Notes: generated from the sequence alone by a model not told the origin. A stretch of 64,000 bases of DNA from an uncultured Candidatus Saccharibacteria bacterium (GCA_964478705.1 CAYZIR010000002.1:23760-87759), one strand, 5' to 3'; shown: positions 30,309 to 40,059, counted from the first letter of the stretch. Translations and numbers: made by a program.

Positions 30309-30842
30309 ATGAAAAAACCGACGCGTCAAAAACGAACAAAGATGGTTGTCGTCAACGACTCTATGCAAAAGGGCTATCGGTATGAGCTCGTAGAACCAAT
30401 CGGTAAAAATTTTGATCCCACATTCAAACCAGATCTGACGCCTAAAGAAATACTCAAGCTCGGCATCTTCGGCGGGCTTCACCTGAACGATTGCACAAAA
30501 GAGTTTCCGAAGAGCTGGTTTGCTGGCGTGCAGTTTTCAAGCACAGGAAAACACGAAGCGAAGCTAAACTATTTTGGTGTAAACGCGTCGCAATCATTGG
30601 CTGAATGGAAACGTAAGGGCTGGGTTTATAAAGATGACCCGCGAGGGTGGTTTCAGTGGTACTGTCGCTACTACATGGGTCGCCGTATCCCGAAAGAAGA
30701 CGCGCGACAAATCAAACGCTGGAAGGCAATCACTCGTCATATTGCCCAAATCAAACACAACTGCAGAGCGGGGGATATCATGTGTCGCCCCGTCCAACGC
30801 CAAGCGCTCCTCCACTGGGCATACGATTCACGAAAATTTTAA
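30309..30842 (+). CDS. conserved hypothetical protein (Trp-rich, basic)
   Basis: FKPDLTP..LGIFGG, DPRGWFQWYCRYYMGRR, RQALLHWAYD look like conserved family motifs. Confidence 0.75.
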   Translation: MKKPTRQKRTKMVVVNDSMQKGYRYELVEPIGKNFDPTFKPDLTPKEILKLGIFGGLHLNDCTKEFPKSWFAGVQFSSTGKHEAKLNYFGVNASQSLAEWKRKGWVYKDDPRGWFQWYCRYYMGRRIPKEDARQIKRWKAITRHIAQIKHNCRAGDIMCRPVQRQALLHWAYDSRKF

Positions 30843-30855
30843 ACTTCTTAAGCAT

Positions 30856-30895
30856 TTGCACATTCTCAAGTTCTTAAGAACTTGAGAATGTGCAA
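30856..30895. repeat. perfect 40-bp palindrome containing 26-bp copy D
   Basis: ttgcacattctcaagttcttaagaacttgagaatgtgcaa. Confidence 0.9.
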
Positions 30896-30949
30896 GTGTG
30901 CTGTGAGAGGTTGGGCGGGTTTTCTGAGCTCTATTCAAGCCTATTTCTA

Positions 30950-30975
30950 TTCTCTATTTCTGCAGAAACAGAGAA
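30950..30975. repeat. 26-bp palindrome copy C
   Basis: ttct-ctat-ttct-gc-agaa-acag-agaa. Confidence 0.8.
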
Positions 30976-31080
30976 GCCTCTTTTGTTAATTCGCACCATT
31001 TCACATTCTTGTCTTTTTAAGTCCGAGGCGTATACTCGCGGGAGATTGAACCAACCGATAGACGGGAAAGGAGATGACTC

Positions 31081-31626
31081 ATGAAAGCGATCGTTGGATA
31101 CGATAGGGATTTTGGTGTGCAGTTCTTCCGTCGAACGTTCGCAGAACTAACATCACAAGGTATCGATCTGTGGAAAGCGATTACAGAGGAAGAGCGAGAA
31201 TACATCGCTCAAAGGCTCGGTGACACGCTGGTTTTGCATCCATATTCTAAACTAGGGTCACCCTGGATTTCAGACGATTTTAAGAAGCTTTTCAAAGATG
31301 GGAAGTACTGCGTCGATCGGGTGACACACGACCGTGCTGAACTCATGGCAAATCAAATTCTGATCTACCAAGGCATCGTCTCCCTGGGAGGAATCTGGAA
31401 ATTCAGAGATGGTCGTTCGACCGGTACGACTCGTGCTTTCTACGAAGACGTTGCGGCAAAGCTCTTTCGTATCGCTGCTCGGTGGCCTTATCTGAACTCC
31501 GACGAACGGAGGGTTCTGAATGAGGTGGGAGAACACACGAGCTTGTGGATTGATATCTTGGCTCAGGTGATGGGGAATGACTATCTCGAAGAACTCGGGA
31601 CAGGCAGTCCAATCGTTCTCGCCTGA
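31081..31626 (+). CDS. hypothetical protein
   Basis: AAGGAG SD, upstream TATACT, downstream GC hairpin + T-run. Confidence 0.65.
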   Translation: MKAIVGYDRDFGVQFFRRTFAELTSQGIDLWKAITEEEREYIAQRLGDTLVLHPYSKLGSPWISDDFKKLFKDGKYCVDRVTHDRAELMANQILIYQGIVSLGGIWKFRDGRSTGTTRAFYEDVAAKLFRIAARWPYLNSDERRVLNEVGEHTSLWIDILAQVMGNDYLEELGTGSPIVLA

Positions 31627-31749
31627 TAGCAGTTCATACTGGCTCCGCGCATATACCCGCGCGGGGTTTTCTTATTATCTACAACCTTTAAAAACAAAAC
31701 GGGTCCGCACAAACGTGCGAACCCTGTGAAAACGATGGGGAAGAACAGA

Positions 31750-32283
31750 TCAGGCAGTGCGACCACGACAGATGTTGATCGTGTGCCGAACGTCACTCGC
31801 GTCGTACTCGTTGAATCTCTCTCCGGGGTCCTCTCCATCCTTGTAATGGATAGAAGAGATGCGTTTCGCGAATCGCTCGAGCGCCGGAACGTGTCGCTCG
31901 CTACCGATCTTCTCCATGATCTCGAGGATCAGAGCACGGTACGAACGATCCTCTCCTTCGAAGAACTCATCCCACTCGAGGATGCTCGCGATGCGGTCGG
32001 CATCTTCTTTGCCTACCGCTTCCTCGATAGCGACTAGCAGATGCAAGAAACCGTCGTCGGGTGTCTTCAGAATCAACACACCATTTTCACGCTCGTGTTC
32101 GATGAGCGAGAGAATCGCATCGATCGCACCGGGGAACTTGTTCGCCCTCAAGTGCATCGCGAGCCACTCACTCCTAGCAAGCTTGGCGCAGTAGTTGGAA
32201 AAACCGGGGCGACCCTGGATCACGTCGCACAAGACCACCCTAGCGGTCTCCAGGATCTCTTCCTTGCTCATCACTACTGGCAT
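31750..32283 (-). CDS. hypothetical protein (helical)
   Basis: GAGGAG SD, TTGACA-17-TACTCT promoter (-35 at 32354-32359), terminator 31691-31727. Confidence 0.65.
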   Translation of the reverse strand: MPVVMSKEEILETARVVLCDVIQGRPGFSNYCAKLARSEWLAMHLRANKFPGAIDAILSLIEHERENGVLILKTPDDGFLHLLVAIEEAVGKEDADRIASILEWDEFFEGEDRSYRALILEIMEKIGSERHVPALERFAKRISSIHYKDGEDPGERFNEYDASDVRHTINICRGRTA

Positions 32284-32429
32284 GCTGTTCTCCTCTGGTT
32301 TGATGGTTGCCTAGGATATACTCTGAAGACAGAGTACCTTATTTACTGTGATATGTCAAATCGCACAATGAGAATAACAATTTATATCAAAAAAGACTCT
32401 GCGCGTGGCAGAGTCTCGTGGGTTTGTGT

Positions 32430-32747
32430 CTAGGGCGACGGACAGTTCTTTTCGAAGCAGATCGGCACTCCACTGTTTCGGAGTGCCCGAGCAATCGCGA
32501 CCATCGTCTCTTGGTGGCGATTGCACACCGCCGTGATGGTTTGTACGGAACCGGGCGAGCGAATCTCCATCCGCACGCCGGTCTTGATTTCACCGGTGAC
32601 CGCAAAAGCGAGCTTCACCTTCCGCTCGGGACACCGGCCGTTGACCTGTCTGATTGCGCCGGGCTTGATGCTAGCGACCCCCGGCACCTGTGCAGTGAGT
32701 TCTGCAACGTTCCTCGCGAATTCGGTTGTTTGGGAGTGCGCCCCCAT
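32430..32747 (-). CDS. hypothetical protein, DUF2103-like
   Basis: HSQT...V.SIKPGAI...GSVQTI pattern; GGAGG SD, TTGACA at 32803-32808, terminator 32389-32416. Confidence 0.6.
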   Translation of the reverse strand: MGAHSQTTEFARNVAELTAQVPGVASIKPGAIRQVNGRCPERKVKLAFAVTGEIKTGVRMEIRSPGSVQTITAVCNRHQETMVAIARALRNSGVPICFEKNCPSP

Positions 32748-32879
32748 TAATCCTCCGGAGTAGTGGTGCGTCCGGAGCGATTATTACAGCCATGTCGATA
32801 TTTGTCAATCGTTCGCGATGAGTTGCTGTTTTATATGAAAATCCCGCCGTTGGCAAAAAAGCCTGGGCGGGAAGATGTC

Positions 32880-33254
32880 TCAGAGAACGATATCTTCGAG
32901 GAACTTGTCCGTCGTTCGAAGAAGGAGCTCGATATGATCCTTGCTCGCGAAAATCTGGTTTTCACCCTGGATTAGCCCAAAAATGTCGCACTTCAACTGA
33001 TCGAGAAGATGCGCGACGATTGCTTGAGCCAGCGGTGTTAGCCTGTACTTCTCGTACGAACCAACCTTGTGGACATCTCTCTCAGAGAAGAGTCGAGAAC
33101 TCCCATCTTGAGATCTTCCGTCGACGAGCACGGCTAGCTTCTCCCGCAACTGCCTCACGAATTCTGGGCAGAAACCATTGATGACTACGGAAGAAGTTCG
33201 CAGAGACGGGAGAGCCGGCGTGGGCACTGTGGCAGGCTTTCTTTTTTGCATCAC
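32880..33254 (-). CDS. hypothetical protein
   Basis: AGGAG SD, TTGACT-17-TACTTT promoter (-35 at 33307-33312), terminator 32838-32872. Confidence 0.6.
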   Translation of the reverse strand: MMQKRKPATVPTPALPSLRTSSVVINGFCPEFVRQLREKLAVLVDGRSQDGSSRLFSERDVHKVGSYEKYRLTPLAQAIVAHLLDQLKCDIFGLIQGENQIFASKDHIELLLRTTDKFLEDIVL

Positions 33255-33376
33255 TTTCTCCTATCGGTTATTACTCCACGAAGAAAGTACTGTATATTTT
33301 ATATGAAGTCAATACACTCACGCTGATGCACCATAGGTCATTGAAATTTCATAAAAAACTGTCATAATAGTCGCCT

Positions 33377-34468
33377 ATGGCAAAGGACTACTACTCCATT
33401 CTCGGCGTTTCAAAGAGTGCTTCAAAAGACGACATCAAAAAAGCATTTCGAACACTCGCGCACAAATACCATCCCGATAAAAAAGGTGGGGATGAAGCAA
33501 AATTTAAGGAAATCAACGAGGCGTACGGTGTTCTTTCCGATGATTCAAAACGTAAACAGTACGATTCATTCGGCAGTGCTGGACCTGGCATGGGTGGTGC
33601 AGGGTTTGACCCGCGTGGGTTCGGTGGCTTCGCGAATGGCCAAGGGTTTGATTTTTCTGGGTTCGCCGGAGCCGAAAACGGTTTTTCATTCGATCTCGGT
33701 GATATTTTCGGTGATATTTTCGGCGGTCGTGGAGGTGGTCGGGTTCGCCGTGGGCGGGACATCTCGATAGACATCGAACTCGACTTTAAAGATTCTATCT
33801 TTGGTACTACGCGGAATGTTTTGGTAAAGAAAGCAAATCTCTGTGGCACGTGTAAGGGTTCGGGTGGCGAGCCGGGAAGCCAGATGAAAAAATGTGAGAC
33901 GTGCAATGGTCAAGGTAAAATTTCTGAAACACGTTCTTCGTTGTTCGGTAACTTTTCGACCACCACCACGTGCGCTACGTGTAACGGTCGCGGAGAAACC
34001 CCACTAACACAGTGTTCAACATGTAAAGGTGCCGGCATTGTGAAAGAAGAAAAAGATATTCGTATTGCAATTCCTGCAGGCATCGAAAACGGTGAAATGA
34101 TTCGTTTGACGGGAGCTGGTGAAGCGATTCAGCACGGTTCTGCGGGCGACCTCTATGTAAAAATTCACGTAAAGGCGCACAAGATTTTCGAAAAAGAGGG
34201 ATTTGATTTGGTCACCTACCTCCCCATAAAAATTTCTGAAGCGGTGCTGGGAACAACGAAAAAACTTGAAACACTTGAAGGCGTCGAAGAAATTGTTATT
34301 CCGTCGGGTTCAAAAGATGGTCATGAAATAAGAATCCGCGGAAAAGGTGTACCCGCAAGTGGTGGGAAGCGGGGGAATCTCCGTGTTGTACTCGAGTTGG
34401 AAATCCCTCAAAAGCTCTCGAAGAGCGAACGCGAGTTGTTTGAAAAGCTTAAGGAACAGGGGATGTAG
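33377..34468 (+). CDS. dnaJ: chaperone DnaJ
   Basis: HPD J-domain, G/F region, 4xCxxCxGxG. Confidence 0.97.
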   Translation: MAKDYYSILGVSKSASKDDIKKAFRTLAHKYHPDKKGGDEAKFKEINEAYGVLSDDSKRKQYDSFGSAGPGMGGAGFDPRGFGGFANGQGFDFSGFAGAENGFSFDLGDIFGDIFGGRGGGRVRRGRDISIDIELDFKDSIFGTTRNVLVKKANLCGTCKGSGGEPGSQMKKCETCNGQGKISETRSSLFGNFSTTTTCATCNGRGETPLTQCSTCKGAGIVKEEKDIRIAIPAGIENGEMIRLTGAGEAIQHGSAGDLYVKIHVKAHKIFEKEGFDLVTYLPIKISEAVLGTTKKLETLEGVEEIVIPSGSKDGHEIRIRGKGVPASGGKRGNLRVVLELEIPQKLSKSERELFEKLKEQGM

Positions 34469-34490
34469 CGACACAACAAAATAATTCTTA

Positions 34491-36278
34491 ATGAAACAAA
34501 CTTTTGCAACAATTGTTCGGGCATGCAAACTTGCGTGGGGCGCCACTCCATGGACGTCATTCATTTTGATCGTACTCCATGCGCTCATAGCACTCCTTCC
34601 GTTGGTGCAAGCAAAAGTAACGGGGTCTGTCATCGACTCGGTTGTTTCCTCACTTTCGCACGGCGTCGGTGTCCCTGTCATGCTTGTTGCTCTCTACGGT
34701 ATCGTGTGGGTGACAACGCGCCTCGCTCAAGCGGTGCGTGGTTTTTTCGACAAGCGCTGGCATTTGAGTGCTCAGGATGAGGTTGATATGACCGTGATGC
34801 GTGCGCGCACCAAAATTGATCTTGCACACCATGAAAACGCTGAGTTCCAAAACTTGATGACGCGTGCCTTTAACCGGAGCAACTTTCCCATCATCACGCT
34901 TGCCGATATTCAGTTCGACAACATCGGATTGATTATCGGTATCATCGGTTCGGCAGCACTCGCACTCTCATATCCGCTCATCTTCGTCATCGTCGTCGGA
35001 AGCCTCATTCCATCATTCATGGTTGAGGTTCGCTACGGCAACAAAAAATGGAACATTTGGTCTGAAAACAGCCCTCGTCAGCGCATGTACGGCACAATCA
35101 GAGGCCACATCAACGGCAAAATCGGCATCATTCAAACGAAGATGCTCCAAGCGGCCGACAACTTGATTGAGCGAGCACGTGGCATTCTTGCATCATTTAG
35201 AGAGGAGCAGTTCAAGGTTGATCGCGCTGACTTCACATGGAGAGTCGTCGCATCGTTGATTGGTGCTGTCGGTGTGGGCACAGCCTTTTACCTCATCGTG
35301 CAAAGTGTCATCCGAGGAGAAGCAGGCGTTGGTGACATCGTATTCTTGACGGGCGTTCTTGCACAATTCGCGGGTTTGAGCACCAATCTTCTTTCAAGCA
35401 TCGCTCGAATGTATGAATCGACCCTCTATGCAAAGGATATTTTTTCAGTACTCGATACGAAGCCAGCAATTGCTGTTTCTGCTCATCCGGTTGCACTCAA
35501 TCTCACCTCAGCGCCCACAATCGAATTCAAAAACGTCTCGTTTAAATACACGGGTTCTGAGGTATGGGCAATCAAAGATGTATCGCTCACCATCAAGCCT
35601 GGAGAAAAGCTCGCACTCGTCGGTGAGAACGGAGCAGGGAAGACGACACTTTTGAAACTTCTCTCACGCATCTATGATCCGACCGAGGGTGAGATTTTGG
35701 TTAACGGCATTTCGCTTCGTGATATTCATCCGGACGAATGGGGCTCGTACCTCGCAATCTTGCTTCAAGACTACCGTATCCATGAATTCAGCGTGGCAGA
35801 ATCAATCGCGATGGGACGCCCTGATGGAGAAGTCTCTCAAGCACGAGCGAAGCAAGCAGCCGAGCTCGCGGGAGCGCACGAATTCATTACCGAGCTAGCT
35901 GATGGGTATGAGGCGCAAATCGGACGAGAGTTCGCGAACGGTATCGAACTTTCAAAAGGTCAGGAGCAACGTGTAGCACTTGCACGCACACTCTACCGCG
36001 AAGGGTTCGTTGTTATTCTCGATGAGCCGACCGCATCGGTTGACTCAATTGCCGAAGAGCGATTCTTCAATCAGATTGAGCAGGCGGTATCAGAGAAAAC
36101 ACTCCTCTTGATTTCGCATCGCTTCAATACCGTACACGGCGCAGACCGTATCGCGGTCTTTGATCACGGCACGCTGGTCGAGCTCGGTTCGCACCATGAC
36201 CTCTTGAACAAGAAGGACGGCCACTACAAGAAAATGTGGGAAAGTCAGGCAAAATCCTACGTTGAGGCCATTTCATAA
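34491..36278 (+). CDS. ABC transporter, fused permease/ATPase
   Basis: TM region, GENGAGKT, LSKGQEQR, ILDEPT. Confidence 0.93.
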   Translation: MKQTFATIVRACKLAWGATPWTSFILIVLHALIALLPLVQAKVTGSVIDSVVSSLSHGVGVPVMLVALYGIVWVTTRLAQAVRGFFDKRWHLSAQDEVDMTVMRARTKIDLAHHENAEFQNLMTRAFNRSNFPIITLADIQFDNIGLIIGIIGSAALALSYPLIFVIVVGSLIPSFMVEVRYGNKKWNIWSENSPRQRMYGTIRGHINGKIGIIQTKMLQAADNLIERARGILASFREEQFKVDRADFTWRVVASLIGAVGVGTAFYLIVQSVIRGEAGVGDIVFLTGVLAQFAGLSTNLLSSIARMYESTLYAKDIFSVLDTKPAIAVSAHPVALNLTSAPTIEFKNVSFKYTGSEVWAIKDVSLTIKPGEKLALVGENGAGKTTLLKLLSRIYDPTEGEILVNGISLRDIHPDEWGSYLAILLQDYRIHEFSVAESIAMGRPDGEVSQARAKQAAELAGAHEFITELADGYEAQIGREFANGIELSKGQEQRVALARTLYREGFVVILDEPTASVDSIAEERFFNQIEQAVSEKTLLLISHRFNTVHGADRIAVFDHGTLVELGSHHDLLNKKDGHYKKMWESQAKSYVEAIS

Positions 36279-36337
36279 GGATTTTTGGGCAAATTGATGG
36301 GGGAGTTGCTTTTCTTGTTAAACGTGCTATTATTCTT

Positions 36338-36635
36338 CTCGGAAGTTAGAGTGTTCTTTTGGGTTGACTAAGGCTCTATCGCGAGGAATCGGCACAGGGG
36401 GTGCTTGAGACCGCGATATACCGTGTGGCGACCATGCATGCAGTGGAGCGACGACTACCTCCGGTCTTCGGTCTCCTGTTCCATGAAGCAATCGCCCTGT
36501 CATTCCTGGTTGTTAAGACCTGGAGTGCGACGCCGAAAAAACCCATCCGGAAGTTCACTGTAACTTCCCCCATCAATGAGCGAAATAGCGAGATGTCCCC
36601 CTCGCTATCGAACTCCTCTTGGTGGGGCTTTTTTT
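36338..36635 (+). ncRNA. candidate structured ncRNA 2 (~300 nt)
   Basis: TTGCTT-16-TATTAT promoter; nested helices GGAAGTTA/TAACTTCC, TGGGTT/AACCCA, AGGAAT/ATTCCT, ACAGGG/CCCTGT, GAGACCG/CGGTCTC; T-run at end. Confidence 0.6.
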
Positions 36636-36669
36636 ATACAAAACAGGCTCGCTGTGCTATATTTTTTCC

Positions 36670-38055
36670 ATGACTGAGGGCACACAGGTAACCATGGAGT
36701 CAATCATCAGCCTCGCTAAGCGACGCGGGTTTGTGTATCCCGGCTCCGAGATTTATGGCGGAATGGCTGGAATGTATGACTTTGGCCCATACGGTGTTGA
36801 ACTCTTAAACAACATCAAAAAGGCTTGGTGGGAAGAACACGTTCAAAAACGTGACAACTACGTTGGTCTTGATTCGGCGATGTTTAAGGATCCGCGTGTT
36901 TGGGAAGCGTCTGGACACACCAGCGGTTTTTCTGACCCGCTCTCTGAGTGCAAAAAGTGCAACACCCGCATCCGTGTTGATAAAGAGTTGGAAAAGATAG
37001 GCGTTACCGCTGACGAAAAAATGACCGAGGCTCAACTGAACACGCTCTTTGACGAACACAAGACAAAAATAAAGTGTCCTAAGTGTGGAGCAAATGACTT
37101 CACACCCGTCCGTGCGTTTAACCTTTTGGTAAAGACAAACATGGGCGACTTCACCGGCAAGAACGAACAGCCGGTCTACCTCCCAGGAGAAGCGTGCCAG
37201 GGAATCTATTTGAACTTCAAAAACGTCGTGGACACCACACGCGTAAAGATTCCTTTTGGTATCGCACAAATTGGTAAGGCGTTCCGCAATGAAATCTCGC
37301 CACGCAACTTCTTGTTCCGCACGCGTGAGATGGAACAAGCCGATACACAATTTTTTGTTCGCCCGAATGAAAACAAAGAAGCATACGATCGCATCAAGAA
37401 CGAACGCTTTACCTGGTATATAAAAATGGGCATCCGAGAGGAGAATTTGCGTTGGAAACAGCACGAGAACCTCGTTTTTTACGCTTCTGATGCATGGGAT
37501 ATCGAATATAACTTCCCATCCTACGGCTTTGACGAGATGGAGGGTATCCACGACCGCACCGACTACGATCTGACCCAGCATATGAAGCATTCAGGAACCG
37601 ACCTGAACTATACGGACCCGCATACCGGAGAAAAATACATTCCATGGATCTTGGAAACATCGGTCGGGCTTGGACGCATGTTCCTTGCATTCATCTCTGA
37701 CGCGTACGCGGAAGAAGGTGTTGGTGAAGAGTCTCGTACGGTTCTGAAGCTTTCTCCAAAGCTTGCACCAATTAAAGCAGCGGTTTTCCCGCTCTTGAAG
37801 AATAAACCCGAGCTCGTCGAGAAGGCTCGCGCGGTATTCGATATGTTAAAAGAACGCGTTCGATGTGAATTCGACGACAACGGTAACATCGGCAAACGCT
37901 ATCGAAGGCAGGATGAGATAGGCACACCGCTCTGCATCACGATCGACTTCGACACGCTTGAAAACGACACCGTGACCGTTCGCGATCGCGACACCATGGA
38001 GCAGGCGCGTGTCCCTATCTCTGAGCTTCTCGCACGTGTTACCCGCGACCTCTAA
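36670..38055 (+). CDS. glyQS: glycine--tRNA ligase (alpha2 type)
   Basis: KRRGFVYPGSEIYGG, FRNEISPRNFLFRTRE, IGKRYRRQDEIGTP. Confidence 0.95.
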   Translation: MTEGTQVTMESIISLAKRRGFVYPGSEIYGGMAGMYDFGPYGVELLNNIKKAWWEEHVQKRDNYVGLDSAMFKDPRVWEASGHTSGFSDPLSECKKCNTRIRVDKELEKIGVTADEKMTEAQLNTLFDEHKTKIKCPKCGANDFTPVRAFNLLVKTNMGDFTGKNEQPVYLPGEACQGIYLNFKNVVDTTRVKIPFGIAQIGKAFRNEISPRNFLFRTREMEQADTQFFVRPNENKEAYDRIKNERFTWYIKMGIREENLRWKQHENLVFYASDAWDIEYNFPSYGFDEMEGIHDRTDYDLTQHMKHSGTDLNYTDPHTGEKYIPWILETSVGLGRMFLAFISDAYAEEGVGEESRTVLKLSPKLAPIKAAVFPLLKNKPELVEKARAVFDMLKERVRCEFDDNGNIGKRYRRQDEIGTPLCITIDFDTLENDTVTVRDRDTMEQARVPISELLARVTRDL

Positions 38056-38059
38056 ATAT

Positions 38060-39007
38060 ATGTCTAAAAAAATCTTACTTTCAGGAATACAGCCGAGCGG
38101 TGTTTTGCACATCGGAAACTATTTTGGTGCGATGAAGCAGTTTGTTGATATGCAGGAAGACTACGAATCCTACATTTTTATCGCCAACTATCACGCGCTC
38201 ACAACACTTCAGGATGCCGAAAAGCTCTCACAGTACACACTTGATAGCGTGATTGACCACTTGGCGGTTGGTCTCGACCCGAAGAAGGCAACAATTTTCG
38301 TCCAGTCGGATGTTCCACAGGTCACCGAGCTCACGTGGATCTTCAATACGCTCATCACCGTGCCATACATGGAACGCGCGGTCGCTTTTAAAGACAAAGT
38401 CGCGAAGGGGATTGAACCGACCATGGGACTGTTTGACTATCCGGTCTTGATGGCCGCAGATATTCTCTTACCGTTGGCGGACATCATCCCGGTTGGTCAA
38501 GATCAAAAGCAACACGTCGAATACGCACGCGATATCGCACAGAAGTTCAACAACACGTTTGGTGAGGTATTTAAAATTCCTGAAGCAAAGATTTTACCTG
38601 AAGTCGCAACGGTGCCTGGCACTGACGGACAGAAGATGAGCAAGAGCTACGGCAATACGATTCCGCTCTTCTCCACACGCGAAGAAATCACCAAAGCGGT
38701 TATGTCGATCGTGACCGACTCATCGGGCGGTATCCCGGTGAACGTCTACAACCTCCACAAGTGCTTCCGCCCTGAAAGTGAATTAAAAGAGCTCTACGAA
38801 GCTAACAAGGGAAGCTACAAGACGCTCAAAGAGGCGTTGATTGAAGATATTGATGCGTTTATCGCACCACTTCGCGAACGCCGTGCAGAGATTGCACAGG
38901 ACAAAGATGCGGTTATCGCAATGCTCAAAGAAAACGGTGAGAAAGTTCGTGCTCGCGCAGAGAAGGTGATGGATGACGTGCGAAAGAAGACGGGGTTGAA
39001 GTTCTAA
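38060..39007 (+). CDS. trpS: tryptophan--tRNA ligase
   Basis: SGIQPSG..HIGN, YPVLMAADIL, KMSKS. Confidence 0.96.
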   Translation: MSKKILLSGIQPSGVLHIGNYFGAMKQFVDMQEDYESYIFIANYHALTTLQDAEKLSQYTLDSVIDHLAVGLDPKKATIFVQSDVPQVTELTWIFNTLITVPYMERAVAFKDKVAKGIEPTMGLFDYPVLMAADILLPLADIIPVGQDQKQHVEYARDIAQKFNNTFGEVFKIPEAKILPEVATVPGTDGQKMSKSYGNTIPLFSTREEITKAVMSIVTDSSGGIPVNVYNLHKCFRPESELKELYEANKGSYKTLKEALIEDIDAFIAPLRERRAEIAQDKDAVIAMLKENGEKVRARAEKVMDDVRKKTGLKF

Positions 39008-39010
39008 AAG

Positions 39011-39036
39011 AAAAAGACCGCGGGGTTCCGCGGTCT
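39011..39036. terminator. intrinsic terminator between convergent genes
   Basis: aaaaagaccgcgg-ggtt-ccgcggtct. Confidence 0.7.
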
Positions 39037-39094
39037 CGGCGTCAGGGCGCCATCGATTCTGCTCCTGCTAGGGGCGACTGCCTCGAAACTCACA

Positions 39095-39370
39095 CTAGCG
39101 ACTCCTCAACTTCTCAAGGTTTTCTACAAAAGTTCGGAGACCCTCAATCATCTCTCCGAGAAACTTGATAGAAAAACTTTGAGTGAAAGTTGCATTGGAG
39201 TATCGAATCCAGACGAAGGTCTCACCGTCCTCATAGAACAGTGCGTCCTCGCAGAATGCGTACTCGATGATGTCCTCGGTGGTAGCCGAGTACAAATCAT
39301 CTCGCTCGAGCACCACTACTGAGCTGATATCAGCCCGAGAGGGTAGCCACTGTGGGATTTCAGAGTACAT
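39095..39370 (-). CDS. hypothetical protein
   Basis: AGGAGG SD, TTGACA (39463-39468)-16-TACGAT promoter. Confidence 0.6.
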   Translation of the reverse strand: MYSEIPQWLPSRADISSVVVLERDDLYSATTEDIIEYAFCEDALFYEDGETFVWIRYSNATFTQSFSIKFLGEMIEGLRTFVENLEKLRSR

Positions 39371-39514
39371 ATCGTCCTCCTAGCTCGTATCGAGCCAGAG
39401 AACTAATCTGTTCGGCGTAGGCCGATACGATTCCTTTTATATCGTATCATTTAAATTATATTTGTCAATTCATAAAAAACGTGCTTCATGTGATATGTTT
39501 TATGAGTAAAGACA

Positions 39515-39746
39515 CCGACGCCGATGACACGGCCGAGTTGGGGAAAGAACCCTCGAAAGAGGTAGTAGAATCTCCCGGGGATGCCCGTAATAGCTGTAAT
39601 GAAGATCCTCCTACGCCAAGGCTTCGGAGGATGCAGTAAGGTGGTACCGCGCTTGGTCTTCCGAAGCCGTTTGAGGCGAAGGAGACACCACAATCGCCCT
39701 TACAAAAGTCACTGACTATTCGGTGGTTTTTGTAAGGGCTATTTTT
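39515..39746 (+). promoter_or_regulatory. T-box riboswitch (Asp, GAC specifier; transcriptional)
   Basis: AAGGTGGTACCGCG (39638-39651) able to pair with CGCCCTT; terminator 39696-39746; GAA/AGUA S-turn stem; GAC (39526-39528) in loop of a short Stem I. Confidence 0.85.
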
Positions 39747-39750
39747 GTTT

Positions 39751-40059
39751 ATGAAACCAGACACAGTATCATTCATCTATCGATGGCAAATTCCACCCGA
39801 CCTTCACGAGAGCTTCTTACAACAATGGGAAGAACTCTCAAAAATAAACGTCGAGAAATATGGCCTGATAGATGCAAATCTCTATCGCATCGAACCAGAT
39901 AATTTCGTTTCAGTGACACAATGGCCTGATGAAGAAAGTTGGAAAAAATGGAAGGAAAATGATGCGAATCATGAATACCGAGAACGATGGAGACCGTATC
40001 GCATAGCAGGACCAGAACAAATGAGCAGTATTGTTAAAATAGCTAACATTAAACCATGA
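39751..40059 (+). CDS. ABM/dimeric alpha-beta barrel family protein
   Basis: YRWQI...FLQQW...FVSVTQWPDEESW pattern; ATGA overlap with aspS. Confidence 0.65.
   Translation: MKPDTVSFIYRWQIPPDLHESFLQQWEELSKINVEKYGLIDANLYRIEPDNFVSVTQWPDEESWKKWKENDANHEYRERWRPYRIAGPEQMSSIVKIANIKP

Noticed and set aside
29961-30975. CRISPR array or integron attC array from the palindromes
   Set aside because: Irregular spacing (60-600 bp), no cas or intI gene, no clear RYYYAAC/GTTRRRY boxes.
32763-32975. Plus-strand 70-aa ORF
   Set aside because: Overlaps the terminator and 3' end of the better-supported minus-strand cassette.
36401-36673. Short ORFs inside the ncRNA candidates (also 4156-4492 and 48155-48349)
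   Set aside because: No convincing SD/start or protein-like composition; extensive base-pairing explains the regions better. A 34-codon TTG ORF at ~48043 cannot be fully excluded.
36805-37590. Long antisense ORFs (also 21364-21951, 43155-43859, 60739-61497)
   Set aside because: Shadow frames opposite well-supported genes.
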